Notes: generated by a model from the letters alone, not told the origin. Numbered from the whole stretch's first letter, positions 1 to 12,283 are shown. The stretch: DNA of 63,445 nucleotides, filler included, from Octopus bimaculoides (GCF_001194135.2; 9 parts of 9 records of this genome joined end to end with filler, not necessarily neighbours in it); one strand, 5' to 3'. Made by a program: numbers and translations.

Positions 1-144
1 AGGAGGTGAAAGAGGGGGTAAGGAAGAGAAGAATGATGATGATGAGGAGGAGGAGGCGAAAGAGGTGGAGGAGGCGAAAAAGGTGGAGGAGGCGAAAGGG
101 GAGGTAAGGAAGAGAAGAATGAAACAGGAAGCAATGAGAAAGCA

Positions 145-190
<46 letters not shown>

Positions 191-312
191 GGATGATGAT
201 GATGATGATGACGACGACGACGATGACAATGATGATGATGATGATGATGATGAAGATGATGAAGATGATGATGGTGATGATGACGATGATGATGATGACG
301 ACGATGACAATT

Positions 313-344
<32 letters not shown>

Positions 345-470
345 GACGATGATGATGACGATGATGATGACGATGATGATGACGATGATGATGATGATAA
401 TGAAGAAGAGTGAGGGGGAGGAGTAGAAGGAAGAAGAAGAAGAAGAAGAAGAAGAAGAAGAAGAAGAAGA
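145..470. repeat. Compound (GAT)n/(GAC)n then (GAA)n microsatellite
   Basis: Directly visible trinucleotide runs; source of the poly-Met pseudo-ORF. Confidence 0.97.
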
Positions 471-3400
471 GTTCGGTCAATGTTGATGGTTAATCAGGAA
501 CAGGCGGGTATTTTGATCGTCTCATTCATGCTGACCTCATCAGCAAAAGTGCACGCTAGCTGTGAGCTAACTGTAATTGTATCATTTAATTCCATTCTGC
601 AAGACAGAAGATGATGGAGAATAAAGTTATCAAACTTCCCTGTAAACGATCTGAGCTGGTGCTGGTATCGATAATGTTAGGGGCTGTTTAGGATAATGGC
701 GAGATATCGAAGAAACGAGGGAGACAGAGTGATGTACTGTCGTTGGTGACATTGCCTTTCTGCGAGAATGTTGGTGTCGACTGTAAGAAATTATTCTTCG
801 CTTTCTTTCTTTATTCTTTCTTTCCTTATTTCTTTCTTTTCCAACATTTAATTTTTTCGAATTTATTATTCTTATTCTTATTATTCTTTTTTTTTTTTTT
901 TGTCTTTACCAATTCCTTCCCATTTCAATTTCTTTCAATTTTCTTGTAGAATCTTCAATAACTAAGAAGCAGAGATATTTTATTTTTTTTATAGATTTTT
1001 CTGGTTTTTAGAAATTCGTCCTCTTTTAAAAAAGTAGTTAACTATATGTGTGTGTGGGGGGAGAGAGAGAGTGTGTGTGTGTGTGTGTATTTATATGTGT
1101 ATATACATATACACATACATACATGCATACATACATACATNNNNNNNNNNNNNNNNNNNNNNNNNNNNNNNNNNNNNNNNNNNNNNNNNNNNNNNNNNNN
1201 NNNNNNNNNNNNNNNNNNNNNNNNNNNNNNNNNNNNNNNNNNNNNNNNNNNNNNNNNNNNNNNNNNNNNNNNNNNNNNNNNNNNNNNNNNNNNNNNNNNN
1301 NNNNNNNNNNNNNNNNNNNNNNNNNNNNNNNNNNNNNNNNNNNNNNNNNNNNNNNNNNNNNNNNNNNNNNNNNNNNNNNNNNNNNNNNNNNNNNNNNNNN
1401 NNNNNNNNNNNNNNNNNNNNNNNNNNNNNNNNNNNNNNNNNNNNNNNNNNNNNNNNNNNNNNNNNNNNNNNNNNNNNNNNNNNNNNNNNNNNNNNNNNNN
1501 NNNNNNNNNNNNNNNNNNNNNNNNNNNNNNNNNNNNNNNNNNNNNNNNTATATATATATACAACTAAATCTACTTGTATTTTTCACTAACGATATGCAAT
1601 TTTTCTATAAATCGTCACCATGATTATTTGAATCGGTAAGTCATACTAGGAAACCATTCGGCAAATTCTAATCGCTGCTAAGATATCTATAATTTGAAGA
1701 TCGAAAGCATCTCAACGAGACAACGTGAGAGCACAAAGGGGAGAAAGGGGCTGAAGAGCGAAAGAAGGTAAAGAGAAAAGAGTGGTAGAAATAAACATGG
1801 ATGAATAGAGGAAGAGGATAAGTTTAAATTGTGAGTGCTTGTGTGTGTTTGTGTGTAACTGAGGATGGGTAATGAAAAGATAAAGATAAAAAGAGAAGAG
1901 AAGGATATATAAAAAGGGAGAGTGAAAAAAGGAAAAAAAAAGACTGAGTTGCTGTTTCATGATGTTTCTGATCATTTCGTTGTTGCAAAACGGGATTATT
2001 TTTCCTTGCTAAAAGAAGAACGACCGTCGATCTGATTACCTTATGGAAATGTCAAGAACGTGTGACGGAGAAAATGATGATATTGTAAAGCTAATGTTTG
2101 TGATTATTGGTGATGTGAAGTGATCGTTTTAAAAGGTAGTGATCTAACACGAAAACGTACTGCAAATAACTGAATGGTTTATCGTAAACACCTGTGGACA
2201 AATTTGCATTCAGTATCTTAAAGTCAGTCTTGTGCTTTTTCACTTTCTTTTGGCTAGAAGAAATAAGGATAGGATAATATACAAAGATGAGGAAGGAATC
2301 TATTTTTTATCTGGTGGTGATGATAGTGGAAGACCATTGTACAATAAACAATGTGTGTATCTGTAATTTCGATTGGTTTTATAATACATACTTATTAGTA
2401 ATGACATACCTTTTACAGAGCAAGGGGCTTATTTTTATGACAACCGTAAAATAATTCATTAAAATTTCTGTTGTTGACACAGAATAAGTTTTTATTCATT
2501 TTGGAATCAATTGATTCCAGAAAAGAATAAAAGTAGCAAAGTTTGCATAAGAAGTATGATTCTATTTATTTACTTTTTTATTGTAAATGATTTCTCCCAC
2601 CCCTCCAGAAAAAGAGAAAGCTAATGAATAAATATATAAATAAATATATTTCAAAATCTACGATTAACTGTCTGAACAAAATATAATTGCTTATACTAAA
2701 TATATGCAAATCTCATACAACGCCATTTTTAGAGAAGTGAGGTTTTTAGAAACAAAGAAAGTTACGTTAAGAAAGTTACATCTCAATGATTATTTAAGAA
2801 CTCTGGACGGTGAGTGATCAACATGAAATCACTTCCACTATATCCAGCAATTCTGGATCATTCTAGCTGCAATTATTGACTCTAAAAATATTCAAATATT
2901 TTTCAACAAGAAATACAGCTTTCAAATGTAGTTTTTCCTTTACTGAAATCCCAAGACTGGATTCAAATAAAGAAAACCAGAATTCTAATTAATAAATTTT
3001 CTATCTATTTGCTTCTGTCGTATTGGGTTTTCTTCTACATTATCTACGCTACCGGGATCAGCACCCATTTCTGTTTGAATCCATCTATTACTCTTACCTC
3101 GTACATTGTCTTTCTCTTCTTAGTCCCTGTATGAACTACTTCATAGAGGATCTCCTACTTTATGGACTCCTTCAATACACGAACCTCTAGAAATTCAGGT
3201 CTCGCATAAACCCTATCAATCACAAACATCCTTTTCCTTTCTAATCTCCTTATCTAAAAGGGCGTCCAAGGACTAACGTGCGAAGTTTATCCTCCTCTAA
3301 CACAAGGATAAAAAACAGATTTATTCTTCTCACATGGATATTTGTCTAGAACACATATCCTAGACGAATTAAATACCCCTTATTTGCTATCTAGTTTGGT

Positions 3401-3682
3401 TTAGCTTAACGTTAGTGTTTTCGATTCTGGGAATAAAGGTTTGCTACTATTACACCTGAAAATCTGACTAACGTATACAATGTAATACGTTCAAAAGTCA
3501 AACTAAGCTTAAAATATGTGAGATGTCTGATGAGACTCTACTACTTTTGTGACTAATGCCATAATCTAAAAGCCACATATATTTTTAGCTTTAGTTCCTA
3601 TCCCACATTTACCGATACACATAAAGTTGCATTGTGCTTCTGAGTAAGACATTTGAATCTCTACTTCTCATGTGAAGATAAT

Positions 3683-3896
3683 TTGGTTTCAAATTTTGGC
3701 ACAAGGCCAGAAATTATGGGGGACTGCGTAAGTCGATTACATCAATCTCAGCGCTCAAATAATACTTTATTTTATCGACCTCGAAAGAATGAAAAGCAAA
3801 GTCGACCTCGGCGGAAGTTGAACTCAGAATGTATAGACGGACGAAATGCTGCTAAGCATTTGCTCAGTGTGCTAACAATTCTGCCAGCTCAGCACC
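3683..3896 (-). mobile_element. tRNA-derived SINE, family A
   Basis: Minus strand reads gagctggcagaattgttagcac...ctgagttcaacttccgccgaggtcgactttgcttttcattctttcgaggtcgataaaataaagt..., with a B-box-like GAGTTCAA. Homologous to six other copies in the window. Confidence 0.85.
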
Positions 3897-4359
3897 TTTC
3901 ATATGAAACTAATTTAATTAACATTACTAACATTTTATCTGGGACATTTGTTGATGATAAACTCGGCGCTACTAAATTCAGAGATTCCTTCTACCAATCC
4001 GTTTAACTTATATGTTACAAAAGAAAAGGCAGAATGCCAAACTAAATACTTTACTGTATTTGGTTGTGTATTTGGTTACGTATTTGGTTATGTCTGGTTT
4101 CGAAGTAGACATTTTCTTTTCCCACTTTCTCCACTCCAGAGAGGATAAAACAACTAACAGTCAGTCATATACAATATCGATTCAATCGATTGTATCTCCC
4201 TTCAACAAAGGCAATCCTTTTATCCAATGATAAGGTGGTAGATCACAGAACTGGTAAAGTGGTTGACATAATTCTTCATGCAATTTCTTAAGATTATGTT
4301 ACCTTCTGAATACAAAATCTTATCGAGGATTTTAACCAACTCCGTCCTTTGACAATAAC

Positions 4360-4568
4360 TTCAACTTTTGGCACAAGGCCAGCAATTCTGAGGGGAGGGG
4401 TAATCGGCAACATTACCGACAATGCTTGACTGGTACTTTATTTCATTGACTCCGAAAGGTTGACAGGCAAAGTTAACCACTGCGGTAATTGAACTCAGAA
4501 TGTAAGGAACCGGAAGTAATACTTCTAAGCAATTTGTTGGACGCGCTAACGATTCTGCCAGCTCATCC
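4360..4568 (-). mobile_element. tRNA-derived SINE, family A
   Basis: Same head (gagctggcagaatcgttagc), B-box-like gagttcaatt, core cctttcggagtc and tail ctggccttgtgccaaaagttga. Confidence 0.85.
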
Positions 4569-4697
4569 TTGTTCATCCTTCGATATTAAAATACCTTCCC
4601 GCAATATTTCTAGCCTTTTGTCTGCATAAAAAGTAAACTTATTAATAGCCATATTTTCCAGTTCAGATCAATACAGTAATATTTACGGTTCTTCTTT

Positions 4698-4918
4698 AAG
4701 GTGGTTAGCTGCCGGAATCATTAACACCCCGGGTAATATGCTTAGCAGCATTTCGTCCGTCTATACGCTCTGAGTTCAATTTCTGCCGGGGTCGACTTTG
4801 TTTTTGATTCTTTCGAGGTCGATGAAATAAAGTATTATTTCAGCGTTGGGGTTGATGTAATCGACATACACTGTCCTTCGGACTTGATGGCTTTGTGACA
4901 AAATTTGAAACCAATATT
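4698..4918 (+). mobile_element. tRNA-derived SINE, family A (inverted relative to 4360-4568)
   Basis: gtggttagctgccggaatcattaac...ctgagttcaatttctgccggggtcgactttg...gtgacaaaatttgaaaccaatatt. Confidence 0.85.
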
Positions 4919-5031
4919 TATTATCATTGTAATTACAATGATTCTTTTTAAAAAATATGGTTTCAACTGACTTCTTTAGTGAGATCATTGTTTCTTTTTT
5001 TTAATTTCTAGTTAATAAGAAAGCAACTCAC

Positions 5032-5338
5032 CTGTATATCAACTTCCGTCGGACACTGCGTTTAAAGAAACCGCTACAGCCGTTACATGCCAGTATACCG
5101 TAGTGTTTGCCACTGGAGGTGTCACCACACACCACACACACCAAGCCAGGCGAATGACGTTTGAGAGGACTGCTGCTGCTACTGCTGCTACTGTGACTCA
5201 GATGACCGCCTAGCGAAGATGACAGGGTGCTGGATGGTGACACCGACTGGGAAGCACTGACAGATGTAGATGAGATGGGAGGTGGGGACCTTGCAGCGAC
5301 GACTGTGATAGGGGACACGCAGGGTGAAGGTGGTGTGG
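5032..5338 (-). CDS. NR2E3: Internal coding exon of photoreceptor-specific nuclear receptor (NR2E3/PNR/Hr51-like): Ser/Pro/Thr-rich A/B region plus first C4 zinc finger of the DBD
   Basis: Translation ends ...[45 protein letters not shown]. The CNGCSG P-box and KRSVRR(K/R)LIYR are diagnostic of NR2E3/Hr51 rather than TLX (CDGC[S/A]G). Acceptor tctttttcttttgtatttacag|CC (AG at 5340-5339, phase 1); donor TACAG|gtgagt (GT at 5031-5030, phase 2). Confidence 0.93.
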
Positions 5339-5487
5339 CTGTAAATACAAAAGAAAAAGAATTATAGCTTTCAATCATCACCAACGTCCTTTTTGGTAAC
5401 AACATCTGTGCAGCTCAACTTGGAAGTTAAACGTAGACATATACATACTTATCCAAACATGCAAGCACACAACACTCACACTCACAC

Positions 5488-5606
5488 ATGCATCCATCCA
5501 TCCATCCATCCATCCATCCATCCATCCATCCATCCATGCATACATACATGCATACATGCATGCATGCATGCATCCATCCATCCATACATACATACATACA
5601 TGCATA
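5488..5606. repeat. Compound (CATC)n/(CATA)n/(CATG)n tetranucleotide microsatellite
   Basis: Directly visible, about 150 bp into the intron upstream of the NR2E3 exon. Confidence 0.95.
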
Positions 5607-6111
5607 CAGGATGTCCATAAATTACCGTCACAATTTGATATAATAAATTGTGGCAGCACGCACGCACATACGCGTACGCACACATACACACACACATGCA
5701 GACAGACACATATACACATTCGTGTGTATAATGAATAGGTATGCAAATACGTCTATAAGTTTGTATAAGGTCACTGAAATGCACACTAATCATTTACTAG
5801 TTTCATTTTATTGACCGTGATCCCATTAATAGTTTCTGGGTCAATGTAAGAAATCATTACATAATTTTAAGATGGACAACTGACTGAGATATTAGAGCGT
5901 CGAACTAAACGTCTTGCCCTACTTGTTCTTGTTCATTACATTCCGAGTTCGCCCGCTACGACACGGTTCACAACGCAGTTTACCGTGGTAAAAAGAGTGA
6001 AAGTAAGTTGTCCTAAAAATGAAACTAAATTACAATAGAAAAACTGAAAGCGACGACTGACATCCCATAATTTCATATAAACAATGTATGTAACATAACC
6101 AATGAATAGAT

Positions 6112-6431
6112 CAGTGGTTCTCAACCACTTTCTACTTATGGGCTCCTTTTGATTACTATTCTATTCTGGTGAACTAGTTTTATAGTTTTATAGAAACTAG
6201 TTTTATAGAAAGTTCCTTCAAAATTTCTTTTTTGCTTTTCACACATAAACTTCTGTAGAATGGACTATGTAAAATGTTAGAGAAATAAATCTTGCTGTTT
6301 CTTACAATAAATACATATGAAGCCCTAATACACTACTGTAGAGCCCCAAATTACTATTTTACCTGTGTAGACCCCCAAAAAATCTTATATGGACCTCCAA
6401 CGGTCATATAGACCCTGGTTGAGATCTACTA
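6112..6431. mobile_element. hAT (Charlie-like) non-autonomous MITE
   Basis: TIR cagtggttctcaacc (6112-6126) and ggttgagatctacta (6417-6431), a 12/15 match to its reverse complement. CAGTGGTTCTCAA is a typical Charlie-type end. No clean 8-bp TSD. Confidence 0.65.
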
Positions 6432-6947
6432 GTATAAGCAGAAGCATCGGTAACATTTTCGAGAAGTGGACTCCACGAGGTATGGTTCATCACCAAGCGA
6501 GCCGCTCTACCCAAGCTATTCAAATTTTCATTAATCGTGACGTTCAGAAGCGCGGGCCGCAGTTTGCCCATGACTGATATAGAACGACGATATATAAAAC
6601 ATACATATATTTTATATAAGATGAAAATAATCACATTTTCAGGTAAACATAACATTGATGAACGAAATGAGATTCGAGAATAGCTTCTCACGATATTTCT
6701 AAATTTGTTTCGCCACACATACTCATGAAAAAACGACACAAATGAATCATCACTAGTACCACATTGTCACCTAAGTTGACCCAGCGATAGAAGTGCAACC
6801 TATTACCGGTCCTTGCCATTTCTTTGAGCAACATTAGAGTCACACATCATATCTATGAACGTATATTATTACACCACAGAACTTAATATACGTATTGACA
6901 TACGTTCATATATGAGAGCGCATTTGTGCGTACACATAAATACATAC

Positions 6948-6951
6948 AGAC

Positions 6952-6985
<34 letters not shown>

Positions 6986-6991
6986 GCAGAT

Positions 6992-7075
<84 letters not shown>

Positions 7076-7076
7076 C
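6948..7076. repeat. (GACA)n-(GATA)n compound microsatellite
   Basis: Directly visible. Confidence 0.97.
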
Positions 7077-7164
7077 CGTTATAGTTCGCTTGAAGCATTG
7101 TGATATCGAAGCAGGTCAAAGAGAGACAATAGAAAGCTTCTGATAGTGCGAAAAATATTTAAAA

Positions 7165-7207
7165 GATTTTTATATTTCGGGTGCAAAGGCCCATCTTCAG
7201 AAGAAAA
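7165..7207 (-). ncRNA. Minimal type-I hammerhead-like motif (canonical CUGAAGA core) in a short repeat abutting (GATA)n
   Basis: Minus strand: ttttctt-CTGAAGA-t-GGG cctttgca CCC-GAAA-tata-aaaa. Core and stem II are intact; stems I and III are weak. Confidence 0.45.
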
Positions 7208-7332
7208 ACAGTCTGGGAAATGTCCAATTTTATATAAAGGTTTTATTAAACTTTCCGCATTGTCAGCTTTCTATTTTCTCTCTTTTTACTTTCTTATCAT
7301 CATCGCTTAACGTCTTTCTTCCATGCATGCAT

Positions 7333-7373
<41 letters not shown>

Positions 7374-10032
7374 NNNNNNNNNNNNNNNNNNNNNNNNNNN
7401 NNNNNNNNNNNNNNNNNNNNNNNNNNNNNNNNNNNNNNNNNNNNNNNNNNNNNNNNNNNNNNNNNNNNNNNNNNNNNNNNNNNNNNNNNNNNNNNNNNNN
7501 NNNNNNNNNNNNNNNNNNNNNNNNNNNNNNNNNNNNNNNNNNNNNNNNNNNNNNNNNNNNNNNNNNNNNNNNNNNNNNNNNNNNNNNNNNNNNNNNNNNN
7601 NNNNNNNNNNNNNNNNNNNNNNNNNNNNNNNNNNNNNNNNNNNNNNNNNNNNNNNNNNNNNNNNNNNNNNNNNNNNNNNNNNNNNNNNNNNNNNNNNNNN
7701 NNNNNNNNNNNNNNNNNNNNNNNNNNNNNNNNNNNNNNNNNNNNNNNNNNNNNNNNNNNNNNNNNNNNNNNNNNNNNNNNNNNNNNNNNNNNNNNNNNNN
7801 NNNNNNNNNNNNNNNNNNNNNNNNNNNNNNNNNNNNNNNNNNNNNNNNNNNNNNNNNNNNNNNNNNNNNNNNNNNNNNNNNNNNNNNNNNNNNNNNNNNN
7901 NNNNNNNNNNNNNNNNNNNNNNNNNNNNNNNNNNNNNNNNNNNNNNNNNNNNNNNNNNNNNNNNNNNNNNNNNNNNNNNNNNNNNNNNNNNNNNNGAATT
8001 TAACTCTGCTCACTGAAGTCTAATCTGTGACTAAATATTCTCTTATAAATACATCTTACACTTATGCGTATTATCCTTGCTCCAGGTTCTCATGTCTCTT
8101 TGCTTTTAATAAAATTGTTCATAATATAAATATGAAACAATTCATTTGACATTGGACTCTTTCTATTTAGATATGGTAGTCCCCTTTGCACTTGATACCT
8201 GCACCTACAATCAATTTACACCAAGACAATGATTTTTATAGTGATACGTGAAAAGAAATGGATTTGGGAAAGGAACGATAGTCGTCATGGGATTCACTGG
8301 TCTCAAATTTATTTGACTGATACAGGTGGTGTCCAGTCTGAACAATTTGCAAGACCGAATTCTTACAAAAGAGTGGAACTCCACTTAGGGTATCGAATCA
8401 TTTTACCACATAAATGAAAGAAATTTGACGCAAACGGAATTTAAATTCACGAAGCAAAAGTGTGTAAGTTATATTATTTAATTCTGGCTGTCTAATTTAC
8501 AGTTACACTAATAATAATAAAAATGTAAGCAGAACAAAACGACAGCATCAAAAATACAGCATTAACTCCAGTATAGTCTGGCAGTGTCCTTTTATTCAGT
8601 GCCAGACGAGAAAATTAGCTTGGCACATCATTTCATATAAAGAGAGTAACAAATCTATCAGGATCTTCACTGTCTTTGGATATATAGAGTCATTGGATTT
8701 CAATAATCGAAAGCTGTATCATTTATAAAAGCTCTATTTCAAATTGAGACGTATTTCAATATTTTAGACAGTCAGTAATTACACGAGGTTATATGATTGT
8801 TTCATATAGTCAAAGTAGTTTCGTGTTGGAATAAGTCCAAGCATATTAGAATATTACCCTACAAGTCTTACATTTCAACCCTCTTAAATCAAGATTAGTG
8901 TTAACATATTTATTGCTATGAACATCAAAAATCTAATTTGACTCATTTATTTAGTCAGGGTAGAAATTCTCTCAATGACCAATATCATATTAATCCTTTC
9001 AGTAAGTCAGGGAAGATGACATTTTCACACGTTTCTGCGTTATTAGATCTCTTCAGCGAAATATGAACTTCACAGTACTTGTCCAAGTTGTGATGATATT
9101 CTCCAAGTAAACATATAATACTGAAGACGATTATGCGTGAGAAATTAATCAATAAAACTGTTATGTCTCAACGCTACTGCTATCTAGCACCTTCGGATGA
9201 TCTCTACTCAACCGCTACTCAACTGCTACTCGACTGCTACTCAACCGCTACTCAACACTCCTACCACGGCCAGACTACCTCTATTTATATGTCTTGGGAG
9301 ATCCTACTTCTTCACCTGGGGGCGTCGACACAACAAAAACATTGAAATTAATTACTCTGCACGAAAGACAATTGTTAACTCAGTGTTAATGTAGTAAGTG
9401 GAGTAATTATTTTTTAAAATGTAATAAGTAAAACTTATGTGATGAGAAGGCAGCATTAACTAAATGACTATTATTATTTTAAACATTTCGGAAGTACAGT
9501 AGGCAACACCCGGCATGATTCGGTCTTAATTGAGCTCGTCAGCACTGCCTCGAATTTCTCAAAGTGTAATACACACAAGGCAGCGATTCAAGGACTGAAA
9601 CTAAATCTCCCTTTTCCGTCAGAAAAGGGGAAGAACATATTAATAAATGCAATCCTAGATGCACACATTTTAAAAAAGAAGACAGGTTGGTCATAACTTG
9701 AATACTTTTAATCATAAGCCTACTTAATCATACCTGACTTGAGGTAAATAGCAACAGCAATGATATATTACATTACCACATTATTACCTAAACCCCACAA
9801 CACGACTCTTGTGCACTTGTACATTATTCAACCGAAAGACAATACGCAACACAGTTAAGCAAACTCTAGTACATTACAAAGTTACTCTTTCACCATTAAA
9901 CTAAATTTTGCCACCCTACTCGTCTATACTTCTACATTCCGAAACCAAACTCTAGCAGACTACAAGTCTACACTTTCCTTAATATACTACACTTCCATAC
10001 TACTAAATTAAACTTTAACATACTATACATCG

Positions 10033-10269
10033 ACACGGCTCTGTGGTAAAAAGTTTACTTCTGGTCACAGTACCATTGCATAGCACCTTTGACAGATATC
10101 TTTTCTTATAGCCTCAGGCCAGCCAAACCTTATAGGTGGATTTGGTAGACGGAAACTAAAAGAAGTCCAACCATCCTATAAAATTACTCTGGAAGATGGG
10201 AATAATAAGCGGTAACCAGAATAAATAACATAGGAGCTTTTAATGAGCGCACTCAAACGAACTTAAAAG

Positions 10270-10322
<53 letters not shown>

Positions 10323-10520
10323 CGTGTCTTTGCGTCTGCGTCTGTCACCCCATCACCACTTGACAATTTAGCGATTGGGCAAGACAGAACGATAGATTAG
10401 ATACCAGGTTTAAAAAAAACTAAGTACTAGGGTCGATTCATCCAACTAAAAATTTTTCAAAGTGGTGCCCCAGCAAAGTGGTGCCCCGCAGTCTTATGAC
10501 TGAAACAAGTAAAAGATGAA
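10033..10520 (+). mobile_element. tRNA/CORE-like SINE, family B, split by an internal (GT)n expansion and extra sequence
   Basis: 5' part ...ttatagcctcaggccagccaaaccttataggtggatttggtagacggaaactaaaagaag; 3' part ...agggtcgattcatccaactaaa...atgactgaaacaagtaaaag. Homologous to 17070-17461. Confidence 0.75.
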
Positions 10521-10619
10521 GCATAAGAGAACGATTTCTACGTAACTAATTCACAGCAAAGATACACAATATCCAATCGGTAGAATCGACTGAGTGTATG
10601 AGAAACTGTTTCCTGTAAA

Positions 10620-10915
10620 ATCTTCTGAAGTTCATCAACTTTTCCTTTCATACTTTGGATGTTGATAAAATAAATACCAGTCCAGGGAAAGCAGTCATTA
10701 ATAAGTGGATACCGAGCTAAAATGGGGTTTCTATGTGTTCGTTCAATCCCTTACAATTTGCAACCAATTCTCCCTTAATTTACACTGTTCTACTTTGAAA
10801 ATGAACAATGAATAGTATACACCTGGTTTTCTCGAATATGAATAGAAGGTGGGATGGTCGTGGTTAGAATGCCTTTGATTATAGATTTGTTCGATTAGTG
10901 TTGACCTGTTTAATA
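10620..10915 (+). mobile_element. Decayed SINE: family A-like core with a different tail (tail also at about 9595-9770)
   Basis: gttgataaaataaataccag core followed by ...gtgggatggtcgtggttagaatgcctttgattatag. A similar tail ggttggtcataacttgaatacttttaatcataag is near 9685. Confidence 0.5.
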
Positions 10916-11152
10916 ACCTAGTGGATACCTAACTTAACTTCGGCGAGTTCCTCCCTAGAACGTAGTTTGTTTCACAACAACAATAGCTTTTACTGAATGT
11001 ATGGTGATGGTACCATTGAAAATTCCCCCGAATATAACTGCTATTACTACAGCTACCACGTCAACCGTCACGACTCCTGCTACTCGTCACTACAATTCCA
11101 ACATACCTCTCATTAACACTATTATTGCTAATTCCATTACCAACATCACCCA

Positions 11153-11197
<45 letters not shown>

Positions 11198-11358
11198 CGT
11201 TACCGCTACTGCTGCTGCTGCTGCTGCTGGTGGTGGTCTGCCTACGCCCGCTGATCTGATTAGGTATGGAAAGACACACCTTAGGCTTGTTTTGAGTGAG
11301 CTGTGTACACAAACTGACACATTTAACTGAGGGTGTCTAACGTATGTGTTAAATATAA

Positions 11359-11408
<50 letters not shown>

Positions 11409-11734
11409 ATGTGTGTGTGCCTGTTTATATGTGTATGTTATATATGTATAAGTAAGAATCAACGTAAGGCAAATCAGGTTCACATGTACGTTTATATTTA
11501 TTCAGCCCTAGACCCAGCATGTATAGATTTCTCCGAAAGTATATTCAGTATATCAAACACATTAAAAATATATAGATATATAAAAATATACAGAATAATC
11601 AATACATTAAAAAATATACATATATAAATATATAAACATATACATTCAGCACTTCAAAGTGAAGTCTATGCACTGGAGGAAATATTCTTCCTTATAATCA
11701 TATATATATATATATATACTTTATTTCTAGTAAA

Positions 11735-11774
11735 ACTGTCCGATGAACAGGAACGTGAAACTCCGAGTAACAGT
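11735..11774 (+). ncRNA. Minimal type-I hammerhead-like motif (CCGAUGA variant core, GUA cleavage triplet)
   Basis: ACTGT-CCGATGA-ac aggaac gt-GAAA-ctccgag-TA-ACAGT. Stem I is 5 bp and perfect; stem III is palindromic (ACTC/GAGT); NUH = GUA. Confidence 0.6.
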
Positions 11775-11902
11775 CTTTTGTTATATTTCTGCTGCTTTTA
11801 AATAAAGCATATTACTCTACCTCTGGTATTTAAGTACTATTTTCCCCCCTTGTTGCACATTTTATGTGCTTACTCCGGTATATATATATATATATATATA
11901 TA

Positions 11903-12283
11903 TAAAGTAAAAAGTAAAAGAGTCGGAAGGAAGAGTAAGTACGGTTAGGCAGCTTTTTAATCGCTACAAATGTTTCAATACATACTGATCCTCGTATATA
12001 CAGGACTTAAAGTTAAGTTTAAATTACATTATGCAACGATTTACCTATATAAGAAGATCTATATGTATCTCCTCGGGCGATACTCAGCTGCTGTCTCCGT
12101 AAGTAAATTTAGATTTCCATGCTACAACATCCATGACTTCTTCTTTGAAAGTAAGACACAAGGAATACCTAAGACTAGAACTGGTAGTATGCCTTAACAA
12201 TACTACCGGCTATTTGGGAATTCCAAGGGTGAACGAGCTCAACTTGTACTCTTATACGTCCTTAACAGAACACACCTCAACTG
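11903..12283. mobile_element. Dispersed repeat embedded in (TA)n; internally deleted copy at 39791-39931
   Basis: Both ends (aagtaaaagagtcggaaggaagagtaagtacggttaggcagcttttt and gggaattccaagggtgaacgagctc...caactg) recur joined at 39791-39931. Confidence 0.75.

Noticed and set aside
145-426. Poly-Met 93-aa ORF
   Set aside because: Translation of a (GAT)n microsatellite.
1-5031. Search for the next NR2E3 exon (second zinc finger, CQ.G...C..DK.HRNQC)
   Set aside because: Not seen on the minus strand by eye; it is presumably left of the window or in the 1141-1549 gap.
8150-8460. Possible Tc1-like transposase relic (also about 20330-20600)
   Set aside because: Only faint motif resemblance and no TIRs identified; needs a profile search.
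11001-11330. Plus-strand Thr/Ala-rich ORF with donor-like AG|GTATGG
   Set aside because: Low-complexity repeat translation with no partner exons on the plus strand.
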